A stretch of DNA of 64,000 nucleotides, taken from Abditibacterium sp. Lineage in GTDB: Bacteria; Armatimonadota; Abditibacteriia; Abditibacteriales; Abditibacteriaceae. The DNA lies in contig OZ251992.1 in the NCBI GenBank assembly GCA_965246885.1, positions 2,208,001 to 2,272,000 on the forward strand, given 5' to 3'. The notes beneath the pieces were generated by a model. It did not search any database, was not told the DNA's origin, and saw only the letters and a program-made list of their open reading frames with translations. The position numbers were made by a program, and so were the translations under genes. This document shows positions 45,564-55,595 of this stretch, piece after piece (position 1 is the stretch's first letter; the number at the start of each line of letters is the position of its first letter).

Positions 45564-48137
45564 CTATGCCTCGACTTCCAAGCTGGACACTTTGGCAAGA
45601 GCATTGGCCAAGCGCACACGCACCCGCAGCACGTTATCGGGGCGGCGCACCCACGCCGACGAGATAGGCCCGTTGAACGTCCAATTACCGGCAGGCGATT
45701 TATCCACCTGCATCTGTCCGGGCAGTTTTTGCCAGACCTTCGTTTGGGTGTTCCACACCTCCAAAGCTACCATCTGCCCCTGATGCGCGGCCATCACTGG
45801 AGGCGCCACCCGTCGCGTCGGATAACGTGGCAAAAAAGAGTAATCTTGGCGAATTCCTATGCCATGCGCCCGCAGAGTCCACGACTTCGCTTCCGGCAGT
45901 TCGCAATTAAACAAGGCGTAGCCGCCCTGACCGGGGTTGGAACCGGAAGAGAACGGTTCAAACGCGACGCGCTGACCGACGACCCGGTGGCTGGCAAGCG
46001 CCGGAGGTAACACTGGCGCGCGGAAGATGAACAGCGTCATTTGGCGGCCCTGCCCGTTCTGGGAGCCGATGGAGAATGGCGCGACCGATTGCTTGCCCCA
46101 CGCCAACAGCATCGGCTTGTTCACTCCCTCGCCCAGCGCCGCCGCGAGCGCGGCTTGGGGAATCCCGTTGGAGCGCGCGCTTGCATCGAAGACGGCGTCC
46201 AGCTGCGACGCTCGGATGATGGCGCCAGTAATATCAGCCCCATAGATGGCCGCGCCTTTGGTAGTCGTCGGGATTAGCACCGATTGACCATTCGGAAGCG
46301 TGCCCAACGCCTTGACTTGCCCGTCCTGCACCCACACGGCGCCGAACAGATCAATGCCCACACCGTTTTGCAGGCGGTTGTTGCTCAGCGTTAGGCCGCT
46401 TTTCAGGTCGCCCAAACTTTGCGCCGAAAAAGCCCGATCCGTCCACATCCGCACCGGAGCGCCCTCGATTTTGAAACTGCTGCCGTCGAGCGGCTCCGTC
46501 ACGCGAAAATCGCCCTGCACGCCCCCGGCCTCCGTCGCATAATCGCACAGCGCCGCGTTCTGCCCGCCCGTCGAGACATCGTACGTCGCGCGGCGCGGCG
46601 AAAACAGCCAAAAGAGCGAGTCCACCCGCCCTACCTTGGAACCAAGAGAGCTTTGCACGACGTCCATCTGGCGCGTCAGGATTGCCCGGCCACGAATCGA
46701 AAGCGCCTCACTGTACGCCCAAACGGAAAACGCGACGACAATGACGGGAATCGTGACCCAAGCCAATTCCCGCCGTTCAATTATGCGCAGGATGGCATAA
46801 TTGAACGGCACCAAAAAGAAAACGTAGAGAGCCAAAAACCACGCGATTTTGGAAACCGGCGGCATCGTCAATTGCTCGGCATGCGACAGAACCGACAGCA
46901 GTTGTCCCGTCAGCGACGACGGCCCAGTGTTGCCCCCATTATAAGAAGGCCGAGGGGAGTAGCCACCACCCGCAAAATTGGTGTACCCGGCGCTTAAGAA
47001 CTCCGCGTCCACTCCTTCCAGCGCCCTTGGCTTAGCAGTTTGACTAAATAGCTCGGCCCACAACTTCCCTTGACCACTCCATCCTTTAAAGGGGGGTTGT
47101 GAGGGGTCGTAAGAAAGAAACAGCACCCGTCCGGCCCCAACTTCGCGCTGCGCAAACAAAGGCTGCGCGGCAGTGCCCTCGCGTGGAGCCAACGCATCAG
47201 GTACTAAAGCGCCACGCGACACCAGAACCGGCGCACCCCCTAGACGGTCGGCGCCATTTCGGGGGTTGTCCACGTAGCGCCCGACTAAATCGGCAACTTC
47301 GGGAGAAGTCGCTGTCGCCGAGCCATTAAGGACGAGCGGCCACAGGTCTTTGAGAGGTGACGAACTTAGCCGCGCCGTGTTCGATCCGCCCATCACCACG
47401 AGCGTTCCGCCGCCGTTGACATACCCCCGAAGCGCATCTATTTGCGTTGGCGACAAGGAGATATGAGGGAAATCGCCCAACACCACCATATCGGCGTTCT
47501 CGAACCCAATCCAACGGTCGGGAATTAGCTCTTTCGGGATGGAAAACGGCGCGACAGGATTAAGCCCAGCCGCATAGTTGTTCATGGGCGCCTTGCCGTT
47601 GCGGAATAGCATCTGCGAGCGGAGCGCACGCAACGTCCCACCCAGACCGATGTCCGTATCGGAAACCACCACCACCTCGCGCTGCTCCGGGTCGGGTTGC
47701 GAAAAAGAAGCACGACCTTGGAGAGTATTAAAGCCCCGTCCGGAAAAAGAGACCTCGAAACCGTCCGCTTCGGCCCGATCCACGCGACCATAGAGCCATA
47801 CCAATTTATTGGACTTGGTGGGCAGGTCAACGCTCACGGTCACCGTATTGGGCGCGTAAGCGAAAGACTGCCCTTGGCCGGAAGCGAGACGAAGTTGCAA
47901 TTGCCCCGTTACTGGATCGCCAGTATTCGACAGCGTCACAGCGATGGGCACCCATTTCCCGGAACGGGCCGCAACGCTAAGAGGTGCATTCGCCCCCGCC
48001 ACCAGCGGAGTGCGGGCAAAGGGCGAACTCAACGCCATCTGGAGCGGCGCAGGCGTGGGTATCGGCGTTTGGGCGTAGCAGGGAACGCTCATCCAACACA
48101 AAAGAAGCAACAGGCCGAGCCATATACGGGGAGGCAT
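45564..48137 (-). CDS. Large membrane/exported protein with class-I GATase-like domain
   Basis: Signal peptide, GKWVPIAVTL, ALRGYVNGGGTLVV, two TMs (YVFFLVPFNY...RRELAWVTIP). Confidence 0.7.
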   Translation of the reverse strand: MPPRIWLGLLLLLCWMSVPCYAQTPIPTPAPLQMALSSPFARTPLVAGANAPLSVAARSGKWVPIAVTLSNTGDPVTGQLQLRLASGQGQSFAYAPNTVTVSVDLPTKSNKLVWLYGRVDRAEADGFEVSFSGRGFNTLQGRASFSQPDPEQREVVVVSDTDIGLGGTLRALRSQMLFRNGKAPMNNYAAGLNPVAPFSIPKELIPDRWIGFENADMVVLGDFPHISLSPTQIDALRGYVNGGGTLVVMGGSNTARLSSSPLKDLWPLVLNGSATATSPEVADLVGRYVDNPRNGADRLGGAPVLVSRGALVPDALAPREGTAAQPLFAQREVGAGRVLFLSYDPSQPPFKGWSGQGKLWAELFSQTAKPRALEGVDAEFLSAGYTNFAGGGYSPRPSYNGGNTGPSSLTGQLLSVLSHAEQLTMPPVSKIAWFLALYVFFLVPFNYAILRIIERRELAWVTIPVIVVAFSVWAYSEALSIRGRAILTRQMDVVQSSLGSKVGRVDSLFWLFSPRRATYDVSTGGQNAALCDYATEAGGVQGDFRVTEPLDGSSFKIEGAPVRMWTDRAFSAQSLGDLKSGLTLSNNRLQNGVGIDLFGAVWVQDGQVKALGTLPNGQSVLIPTTTKGAAIYGADITGAIIRASQLDAVFDASARSNGIPQAALAAALGEGVNKPMLLAWGKQSVAPFSIGSQNGQGRQMTLFIFRAPVLPPALASHRVVGQRVAFEPFSSGSNPGQGGYALFNCELPEAKSWTLRAHGIGIRQDYSFLPRYPTRRVAPPVMAAHQGQMVALEVWNTQTKVWQKLPGQMQVDKSPAGNWTFNGPISSAWVRRPDNVLRVRVRLANALAKVSSLEVEA

Positions 48138-48275
48138 AATGCAATTTTAACCCGTCACATATTATAGGGCAGCGCGATGCGGTACAGGCACCGGGAACTA
48201 ACGGACGTTCCAAGTCTGGGTCAGCACTGTGGCCAACATCCAGCCTCTTTGGTTGTGATAGGTCAAAGTCAAAGA

Positions 48276-48478
48276 GAAACGTGTCTGCCGGGGGACGACA
48301 GGTGTCCGTCATTCAAGGAACGAAGGCGGCGGAGCGCCCGCCGCCGTCCCGGAGCGTTTGCCGCACGTCTCTCTTGTGGTGACAGACGTCTGCCACTCGC
48401 CGCCAGACGGCGGGCAACCCGTGACGGACGGCGGCGGAGCGTCCGCCGCCTCCTGCGGAGCGTCCAGCGACGTCCCGC
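48276..48478. repeat. Second degenerate 21-bp-period array of the GACAGACGTCTGTC family
   Basis: Ten cores at 21-nt spacing, e.g. GACAGGTGTCCGTC (48297), GACAGACGTCTGCC (48381), GACGGACGGCGGCG (48423). Confidence 0.75.
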
Positions 48479-48486
48479 AAAAACCG

Positions 48487-48515
48487 AAAACCCCGCGCCA
48501 GTTGGGGCGCGGGGT
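48487..48515 (-). terminator. Terminator after metallophosphoesterase
   Basis: ACCCCGCGCC/GGCGCGGGGT stem with a U-tract on the minus strand. Confidence 0.65.
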
Positions 48516-48537
48516 CTGGGAGTGAACGGCGGAGGTT

Positions 48538-50088
48538 TCAGGCTTTCTCGACGGTGATGCGATCTATCTCGTCGCCGAATTGGTTGATCTGACGCAGGGT
48601 CAGCCGCTTGCCTTCGACATCAAAAACCGTCAGGGAATGGACGTCCGACACGAAACGGGCCACGTAGTCCACATTGCCGTCTTCGGGATGGCGCAACTTG
48701 GCCGGGTTGGTGTTCCATTCGACCTCATTGTCATAGAGATGCTTGCCGCCCGCGCCAGTAACGATGTGAATAACGCCGTTGGCCCGCGTGTTCTTGGCAC
48801 CATCGAAGGCGCGGTCAACGGCGAAGGTGCCGGGCACGAGGCGGTCTTTGGAACCGACGTTTTTGGCGCCCGCCAAATCGGTGGGAGTAAAGCGGAGCGG
48901 CTGGGCGCGCTGGTAGTTGTGCTCGTGGCCGTTGAGCACGAAGTCCACGCCGTGTTTCTCCCATAAAGGATGCAACGCGCGCATGTGCTGGTTGGCGTAG
49001 TGGTCGTCGCCCACGTTGAACGCCGGATGGTGATAGACGACGAATTTCCACCTGGCGTCGGTGGCGGCCAAGTCCTTTTCAATCCACGCTTGCAATGCGG
49101 GGTCGGTCGGGTCTATGTAGAGGTTAGAATCTATGCAGAGGAAGTGAACATCGCCCGCGTCGTAGGAGTAGTTTGCTTGGCGCATCCACCGCGCGCCTGC
49201 GGCTTTTTGGGCAACCGCGAGCATTTCCTTGCCGTTATCGGTATTGGCGAGGGTGGGCGTGGGAAAGGTGGGATCGAAGCCATTCAGGGGCAAGTGGAGC
49301 GACGTATAATAGGCGAGCGAGTCTGGATTTTTGTCGAAATCGGCGACGGGGTGCTTTTTGGCGTCCTTGCCGTGACAGTCGTGGTTGGCGATGACTGAGT
49401 AGAACGGCACGCTGCGCAAAAGCGGCGCTCCAATGCGCGGGGCCGCTTCGTCGGCGTTGTAAACCGGAAAGAAGTATCGCGCGTATTCGTCGTCCAATCC
49501 GTCCTCATACACATTGTCTCCCGTGTTCATCACGAAATCGGGGTTCTGCTTGTAGGCCTGATACGCGATCATGTGGTCGGACAGATCGCCGAAGGAGTTG
49601 TCGCCAAACGCCACGAAGCGAATTTTCTGGCCGCGCCCGCGCCGGGTGGTGCCGTAACCTTCGAGGATGGTTTGGCCGTTGCAAGAAACGCGGTAGAACA
49701 CTTTCTGGCCCAATTTCAAGCCCTGCAAGGAAGTCGAGTAGTTGAAGCGCAGTTCGCCGTCGCCTGCACTACCCGACCAACGGCGCACGACGGAGACCGG
49801 CGCCATCTGGCCGTAGGACTTATTCGCGCCGTAAACGACTTGAAAGTCGCCCGCGTCGAGCGTCTGCCACGCGACGACAAGTGACTCTTGCCCATCGCGC
49901 AACGTCGGGTTGTCGCCGGGTTGAAGATACGGCAAAACCGAGAAAATCGGCAAGCGGGAGTTGGGGTTGGACTTCGGCTGGAACTTGCGCCCCGCCGCGA
50001 ACAAGCCGGAGCCAAGCGGGGTGAGGGCCAGAAACGTGACGCCGCCCGCACTTTGCAGAAACCGGCGCCGGGAGATGGAGTTGGACAT
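48538..50088 (-). CDS. Tat-exported purple-acid-phosphatase-like metallophosphoesterase
   Basis: SRRRFLQ Tat motif, FN3-like domain, FGD, TGDNVY, ANHD, HHP and GHEHNY. Confidence 0.9.
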   Translation of the reverse strand: MSNSISRRRFLQSAGGVTFLALTPLGSGLFAAGRKFQPKSNPNSRLPIFSVLPYLQPGDNPTLRDGQESLVVAWQTLDAGDFQVVYGANKSYGQMAPVSVVRRWSGSAGDGELRFNYSTSLQGLKLGQKVFYRVSCNGQTILEGYGTTRRGRGQKIRFVAFGDNSFGDLSDHMIAYQAYKQNPDFVMNTGDNVYEDGLDDEYARYFFPVYNADEAAPRIGAPLLRSVPFYSVIANHDCHGKDAKKHPVADFDKNPDSLAYYTSLHLPLNGFDPTFPTPTLANTDNGKEMLAVAQKAAGARWMRQANYSYDAGDVHFLCIDSNLYIDPTDPALQAWIEKDLAATDARWKFVVYHHPAFNVGDDHYANQHMRALHPLWEKHGVDFVLNGHEHNYQRAQPLRFTPTDLAGAKNVGSKDRLVPGTFAVDRAFDGAKNTRANGVIHIVTGAGGKHLYDNEVEWNTNPAKLRHPEDGNVDYVARFVSDVHSLTVFDVEGKRLTLRQINQFGDEIDRITVEKA

Positions 50089-50113
50089 AATGAGTTTGAT
50101 AGAAGGGTCAAGG

Positions 50114-50146
50114 AAAAGCCCCGCGTGAAAGGTCAAGCGGGGCTTT
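50114..50146 (-). terminator. Hairpin after DUF1559 gene
   Basis: AAAGCCCCGC/GCGGGGCTTT stem. Confidence 0.6.
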
Positions 50147-50162
50147 GGGTTGTGGGCGGCAG

Positions 50163-51089
50163 TTAGTTGTTGTTGCGCTCGACTCCCGCAGTGTTGCACG
50201 AGCCGTCACCGTTTTTGTTGTATCCGGGCTGGCTTGCATTACGAATCGGCGAGTAAGTTGGGCCATCGCAAAAACTCTCCGATTGGGCTTTGCTGAGCAA
50301 CGCTTTAACGTGGCCATCAGCAAAAGCGTATGGCGTAGCACTATCGTGCATCCGTTTGAAGCCGTCCTTACCCGCAGTCGCATTTGACCAGTTATTGAGG
50401 TAGCAGTGCATGACCATCGTCTCCGAGGGACGTGCGAAATAGCTCACGGACATCGGATAAGGAGGATCGTTCTTACGGTCCGTAGTGGACGCAGCGCAAT
50501 TTGTCGTTCCGCAACCCATCGTCACAGGAAAGACCGATTTATCCCATTTAGGCGCAGTGCCTTTGTCCGCTACCGAAGTGTATTTTTTGGGGTAAGCGTA
50601 AGTAACATCGTGCGGTGAAAGGGAAAAGCTGTCGAAGTTGAACTTGTAAGAAGTTCCGTAAGCCTGCCAGCCTGTGTAGCTCAACGGCACCTTCACGCCT
50701 GCTGATAGAGCAGTATTCGCGCCGCCGCTGTAGTCAAGAAAACCGGAGTCGTCAGGGCATTGGAACACCTGTTTGCTCTTGATGTAAGGAGCAATCATAA
50801 CGGGGACACCAAACTCTTGAGTGATAGGGGCTTGGCCAATCATGTCGGAACCAGCGCCATCGGCGGTCTTTACGCACAGCGGCATCATCTCATCGTAATC
50901 CTGAGAATACTGCATGATTCCCAGATTGAACTGTTTCAGGTTACTAACACAAGTAGATCTACGAGCGTTCTCACGAGCGCGAGCGAAAGCTGGGAACAAG
51001 ATAGCTGCTAACAAAGCGATGATGGCAATGACGACGAGAAGCTCTATGAGCGTGAAAGCGCCGGAGCGAGTGCGATTGGAAACGGACAT
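50163..51089 (-). CDS. Prepilin-type N-terminal cleavage / DUF1559 protein with H-X9-DG motif
   Basis: [41 protein letters not shown] and [15 protein letters not shown]. Confidence 0.92.
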   Translation of the reverse strand: MSVSNRTRSGAFTLIELLVVIAIIALLAAILFPAFARARENARRSTCVSNLKQFNLGIMQYSQDYDEMMPLCVKTADGAGSDMIGQAPITQEFGVPVMIAPYIKSKQVFQCPDDSGFLDYSGGANTALSAGVKVPLSYTGWQAYGTSYKFNFDSFSLSPHDVTYAYPKKYTSVADKGTAPKWDKSVFPVTMGCGTTNCAASTTDRKNDPPYPMSVSYFARPSETMVMHCYLNNWSNATAGKDGFKRMHDSATPYAFADGHVKALLSKAQSESFCDGPTYSPIRNASQPGYNKNGDGSCNTAGVERNNN

Positions 51090-51196
51090 ATGAATCGCTT
51101 ATTCATTGTGCGGCCCAAAGGTTATGCCTACATTAAGAGCCGCTTTGAATAAACGAATTGAACTTATTCTAAGAGAAGGGAGTTTCTCTCCTCCTT

Positions 51197-52813
51197 TTAG
51201 GCGACGCGGCGCTCGGAGAAATGGCCTTTGATGTGGGTGTTGACGAAGGCGCCCTTGGAGTCGTCTTGCAGGAAGCGGATGTAAAGTTCGGGCGGCACGC
51301 CGCGATATTCGTAGACGCCGCCGCCTTGCCACTTGAGGGTGAGGGCGCGCTTTTCGATGTCGTAGGACTGCTCGGAGATGGCGCTCGAACTGACGACGGC
51401 ACGTTCGGGGCGCAGTAAGGGGAACAGCACGACCTCGCGGATAGAGTCGTTGCCGGTCAGGAGCATGACCAAGCGGTCAATGCCGATGCCCAAACCCGCG
51501 CAGGGCGGCAGGCCGTATTGCAGGGCGCGGACATAGTCGTCGTCGTAGGCCTGCGCTTCCATATCGCCCTTGGCTTTTTGGCGGGCTTGCCCGCGGAACC
51601 GCTCGGCTTGGTCTACCGGGTCGTTCAGTTCCGAGAAGGCGTTGCCGATCTCGAAGCCGTCAATGAATAGCTCGAAGCGGTAGGTGAAGCGCGGGTCGGC
51701 GTTGGTCTTCTTGGCGAGGGGCGAGTTCTCGATGGGGAAGTCCATCACGAACGTCGGCGCGACGAGGGTGCCCTCGACGTGCTTCTCGAAAGCGTCTATC
51801 AAGGAGGTGCCCGTGAGGTAAACGCCGATTTTCTCGTAGACCAAATCCTGCATCGTCGCCCGCTTCCAAGGCTGGGCCAAGTCAACGGCGCCCTCTTGAA
51901 TTGTGGTAGTGCCATTGACGGCGAGTGCGATGTCGCGGACGAGGGACTCGGTCAAATCCATCATGTCGTGGTAGTCGGCGAAGGCTTGGTAGCACTCCAT
52001 CATGGTGAATTCGGGGTTGTGCGTGGTGTCCACGCCTTCGTTGCGGAAGTTGCGGTTGATCTCATAGACGCGCTCCAAACCGCCCACGACGAGGCGCTTG
52101 AGATACAACTCCGGCGCGATGCGCAGGAAAAGCGGGATGTCGAAAGCGTTGTGGTGGGTAATGAAAGGGCGCGCCGCCGCGCCGCCGGGGATGGCCTGCA
52201 TCATCGGCGTTTCGACTTCCATAAAGCCGCGTCCGTCCAAGATGCGCCGCATTTCGCGCACGATTTGGCTCCGCTTCTTAAAGACCTCGACCACTTCATC
52301 GTTGGCCAGTAGGTCGGCGTAGCGTTGCCGGTAGCGCAATTCGACATCCTGCAAGCCATGATACTTGTCGGGGAGCGGCTGGACGGAGACGGCGAGCAGT
52401 TCCCAGTCGGAAACGAACAGCGACGGCTCGCCCGACCGCGATTTGCCAACGGTGCCAGTCACGCCGAGGATGTCGCCCAAATCGAGCGCTTTCCACTCGG
52501 TCATCCGCTCTTCCCCTAAGCGGTCTATCTGCGCGATGAGTTGCAGCTTGCCCGACGGGTCATGCAAATCGGCGAAAGCGATCTTCCCCTGCCCTCGCCG
52601 CGACTTGATGCGGCCCGCCAAGCGCACCTCCTGCCCGTCGAGTGCCGCGACACCCTCGACAATATCCGCCGCGAGATGCGTGCGGTCGAAGCGCGTTTGC
52701 GCGTAAGGGTCGCGGTTCTCGTCCTTAAGACGCTGCAAGCGGTCAAAGCGCAGTTGCACGATTTCCGAGTCCATCTCGGTTGCGAAGGCGGGGGTTTCCG
52801 GTTTTGTTGACAT
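51197..52813 (-). CDS. lysS: Lysine--tRNA ligase (class II) fused to a C-terminal KTSC domain
   Basis: YRQRYADL, LRIAPELYLKRL, FRNEG, HNPEFT and GIGIDRL. C-terminus VSSSAI..YD..L...GGVYEY.GVP...SKGAFVN.HIKG. Confidence 0.97.
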   Translation of the reverse strand: MSTKPETPAFATEMDSEIVQLRFDRLQRLKDENRDPYAQTRFDRTHLAADIVEGVAALDGQEVRLAGRIKSRRGQGKIAFADLHDPSGKLQLIAQIDRLGEERMTEWKALDLGDILGVTGTVGKSRSGEPSLFVSDWELLAVSVQPLPDKYHGLQDVELRYRQRYADLLANDEVVEVFKKRSQIVREMRRILDGRGFMEVETPMMQAIPGGAAARPFITHHNAFDIPLFLRIAPELYLKRLVVGGLERVYEINRNFRNEGVDTTHNPEFTMMECYQAFADYHDMMDLTESLVRDIALAVNGTTTIQEGAVDLAQPWKRATMQDLVYEKIGVYLTGTSLIDAFEKHVEGTLVAPTFVMDFPIENSPLAKKTNADPRFTYRFELFIDGFEIGNAFSELNDPVDQAERFRGQARQKAKGDMEAQAYDDDYVRALQYGLPPCAGLGIGIDRLVMLLTGNDSIREVVLFPLLRPERAVVSSSAISEQSYDIEKRALTLKWQGGGVYEYRGVPPELYIRFLQDDSKGAFVNTHIKGHFSERRVA

Positions 52814-52879
52814 AGTGCGCAAGTCTAAAGCGTGAGCGCGAAAGGAGAAAGCCGCACCTTTTCGTTGTGAAAAGTCGAG

Positions 52880-54349
52880 TTACAGGGCGGCGGTCACATC
52901 CCGCCAGAAGTTGAAGCCTGATAGCGCTGCCGCGACGGTGCCTTGGCCGGGAAAAACCGAGTCGCCAATGCACCATAGCCCCGGCGCGATGCGACTCGAA
53001 ACCGCGCGCAGGTTGGCGTTGCGGCGCGTGAGCGGGAAGCCGCCCACGCCGCCCCGGAAGCGATGGGTATACGACTCCCACGTTGAAGGCGTGCCGCAGA
53101 TAACGAACTTGGCATGGGCATCGAAATCAGGGAGCGCGACGCGGACGCCGTCCAGAAGTCGCTCGCGCCACTCGCGCTTGTGGGCGCGGTAGCTCTTGGC
53201 GTCGAGGCCGTCCCATTCGCCCAACCGGGTGTGCGTCGAAACGTTGAGGGCGCGGAAGCCGGACGGGGCTTGCAGCATATCGCCGGGCGAGGAGACCGAA
53301 AGAAACACGTCGCGTCCATCTCCCAGACGCGCACCGTAGTCGCGCAAGACTTGGGCGTGCAAGCCAAAGTCGGATGGAATCGCCGCGTCCGCGACGGCAC
53401 AGTACAGGTTGACGGCGCCCCACTGTTCCCGTCCGCGTTCGATGTTGCGCTTCAAGCGTGGCGCTTCCAACTGCGCGGCTTCGCGCAGCGATTCGAGTCC
53501 GCCGTTCCACGCGACGACGGGCGCGCACCACTGCCCGCGCGAAGTCGTCACTTGCCAGCCGCCCGCGCATCGTTCAAGCGCAAGGGCGCGGGTCTTGAAC
53601 TCGATTGTCCCGCCGCGTTCGAGAAATACTTCGCTCATCTGGCGGCACAATTCGCCCACGCCGCCGCGCAAGTGAAAGGCGCCATGCCGCCACAAGTTCA
53701 ATCCCGCCGCGCCGTTAAGGAAGGGCGTCTCGTCGGCGCCCGCTTGGGTCGTGATGCCCAGCGCCAACTCGACGAGCGCCCGAAATGCCCGATCGTGGTG
53801 AATGTGGAGGGCGCGCATCACCTCACGGACGGTGGGCAGTTGCGCCGGGAGAAGCGGCCACAAGCGCGGGGAAACGAGGCGCAAATTGCGCCGGATGTCG
53901 GCCCAGCGTTCCAATGGCAGCGAAGGATGACGGCTCAGTGACTCAAACCCCGCGTCGGCAACGGCTTCTTGCATCTTCCAAAAGAGCGTTTGCCCGTAGG
54001 TGTGACCACCCAAACGCCGCCGCTCGCGGCGCCACACGCGCGGGTCGTGCGCTATGAAGATGCTCCGGTCGGGCAAATGAACGCGCAGCCCGTCTATCGG
54101 CCCGAAGGACGGCAACTCGGCGCCGACCATCTCGAATATCTGCCGGTGCAAGCCGCCCTCTTCCAAGCCCAGCACGGCTGTCGCGCCGGTTGGGAAGGTG
54201 GTGTCGCCTGCCGCGAAGTAGCCCGCACAACCGCCGACTTTGTCGTGGCCTTCGAGCACCGTCACTCGCGCGCCGGAGTGCTGAAGCAGCAAAGCGGCAG
54301 AAAGTCCGGCACTTCCGGCGCCAACAATGAGAACGTCTGGGGCAGTCAC
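52880..54349 (-). CDS. Phytoene desaturase/CrtD-like FAD oxidoreductase
   Basis: IVGAGSAGL, VGGCAGYF and GDSVFPGQGT. Confidence 0.8.
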   Translation of the reverse strand: MTAPDVLIVGAGSAGLSAALLLQHSGARVTVLEGHDKVGGCAGYFAAGDTTFPTGATAVLGLEEGGLHRQIFEMVGAELPSFGPIDGLRVHLPDRSIFIAHDPRVWRRERRRLGGHTYGQTLFWKMQEAVADAGFESLSRHPSLPLERWADIRRNLRLVSPRLWPLLPAQLPTVREVMRALHIHHDRAFRALVELALGITTQAGADETPFLNGAAGLNLWRHGAFHLRGGVGELCRQMSEVFLERGGTIEFKTRALALERCAGGWQVTTSRGQWCAPVVAWNGGLESLREAAQLEAPRLKRNIERGREQWGAVNLYCAVADAAIPSDFGLHAQVLRDYGARLGDGRDVFLSVSSPGDMLQAPSGFRALNVSTHTRLGEWDGLDAKSYRAHKREWRERLLDGVRVALPDFDAHAKFVICGTPSTWESYTHRFRGGVGGFPLTRRNANLRAVSSRIAPGLWCIGDSVFPGQGTVAAALSGFNFWRDVTAAL

Positions 54350-54406
54350 GCCTAATCCAACGACAAACCCCGTGCCCTGCCCCGGCGTTCCCCTTGTAAG
54401 TGCGCT

Positions 54407-54994
54407 TCAAGTCTGCCCTTCACTCTTCGGAACGCGCACTTTGGCGAAGAAGAGAGCGTCGGACAACTGGCCGAAGTTGTCGCGGTAGGAGTGTTTGAGG
54501 TGGGCTTCTTGCTCGAATCCGGCGCGGCGGGCTACGTTTGAGGACGCGGTGTTGCGGGCGTTGCAGCGAATTTCCAAGCGCGCGAGGTCGAGTTCCTCCC
54601 ACGCGAACTGCTCCAAGCGCGTGACGGCTTCGGCCACCAAGCCGCGCCCGGCGAAGTCGGCGCCAATCCAATACGCCAACTGCGCGGATGGCACTTGCCA
54701 CTGAATCGTGTGGACGGCGCTGTTGCCGACGAATTGGCCGTCCAAGAAGAGGCGGAAGTCGAGACTCTCGCGGTCGTGCCACTCCCACAGCGCGCGGCGG
54801 CACCACAACTTGGTTTCCTCGAACGTGGGAACCGTTTTGGCCCACGACATCCAAGGGTGCAAATGGGCGTGCGAAGCGACAACAGCCGGGTGCATAAAGT
54901 CGGCATCGCCCGGCGTGGGCGCGCGCATTTCCAAACGCGGGGAATGGAGCAAGGTCGGGAAGTCGCGGATCATCGCGCGCTCGCGGTGGGTCAT
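54407..54994 (-). CDS. RimJ/RimL-family GNAT N-acetyltransferase
   Basis: LHPWMSW, AYWIG..FAGRG and N.ASSNVARRAGF. Confidence 0.9.
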   Translation of the reverse strand: MTHRERAMIRDFPTLLHSPRLEMRAPTPGDADFMHPAVVASHAHLHPWMSWAKTVPTFEETKLWCRRALWEWHDRESLDFRLFLDGQFVGNSAVHTIQWQVPSAQLAYWIGADFAGRGLVAEAVTRLEQFAWEELDLARLEIRCNARNTASSNVARRAGFEQEAHLKHSYRDNFGQLSDALFFAKVRVPKSEGQT

Positions 54995-55043
54995 CGCGCC
55001 CTTTTCGTTCCAGTTTGGGGCCGACTCTTAAACTGCCCTCCCA

Positions 55044-55532
55044 GTGAAGATCGCCATTTACCCCGGCACGTTCGACCCCATCACGCGCGGGCACCTCGAT
55101 GTCTTGGACGAAGCCTCTCTCGTCTTCGACCGCGTCGTCGCGGCGGTGGGCGTTAATCCGCACAAAGTCGCGCTGTTCAGCGAAGCCGAGCGCGTCGAAA
55201 TGCTCGCCGACGCCATCCGCGAGGGCGGTTGGAACAACGTCTTCGCGGCCTCGTTTTCGGGCTTGACGGTGGACTTCGCGCGCGAGCAAAACGCTGGGTT
55301 CATCGTGCGGGGGCTACGCGCCGTCACCGACTTCGAGAACGAGATGGCTCTCGTGCTCGCCAACGAACAATTAGACCCCGCTATCAAAACCGTCTTCCTG
55401 CTTCCCTCCCATCGCCACCTCTACCTCAGTTCCAGCGTCGTGCGCCAAGCAGCGGAGCTTGGCCCCCGCATCATCCCCGGAAGCGTGCCCACGATGGTCG
55501 AAGCGAAACTCAAGGAGAAGTTCGGGTTTTAG
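55044..55532 (+). CDS. coaD: Pantetheine-phosphate adenylyltransferase
   Basis: YPGTFDPITRGHLD, VRGLRAVTDFENE and LSSSVVR. Confidence 0.97.
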   Translation: MKIAIYPGTFDPITRGHLDVLDEASLVFDRVVAAVGVNPHKVALFSEAERVEMLADAIREGGWNNVFAASFSGLTVDFAREQNAGFIVRGLRAVTDFENEMALVLANEQLDPAIKTVFLLPSHRHLYLSSSVVRQAAELGPRIIPGSVPTMVEAKLKEKFGF

Positions 55533-55534
55533 GA

Positions 55535-55593
55535 TGTGGGGTTTAGGGTTTGAGGGTTTAAACACTCCAAGCCCCGAACTCCAAACACCACAC
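55535..55593. repeat. Heptamer-repeat imperfect hairpin
   Basis: GGGTTTA/GGGTTTG units facing ACTCCAA/GCCCCGA/ACTCCAA units. Confidence 0.55.
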
Positions 55594-55595
55594 AA

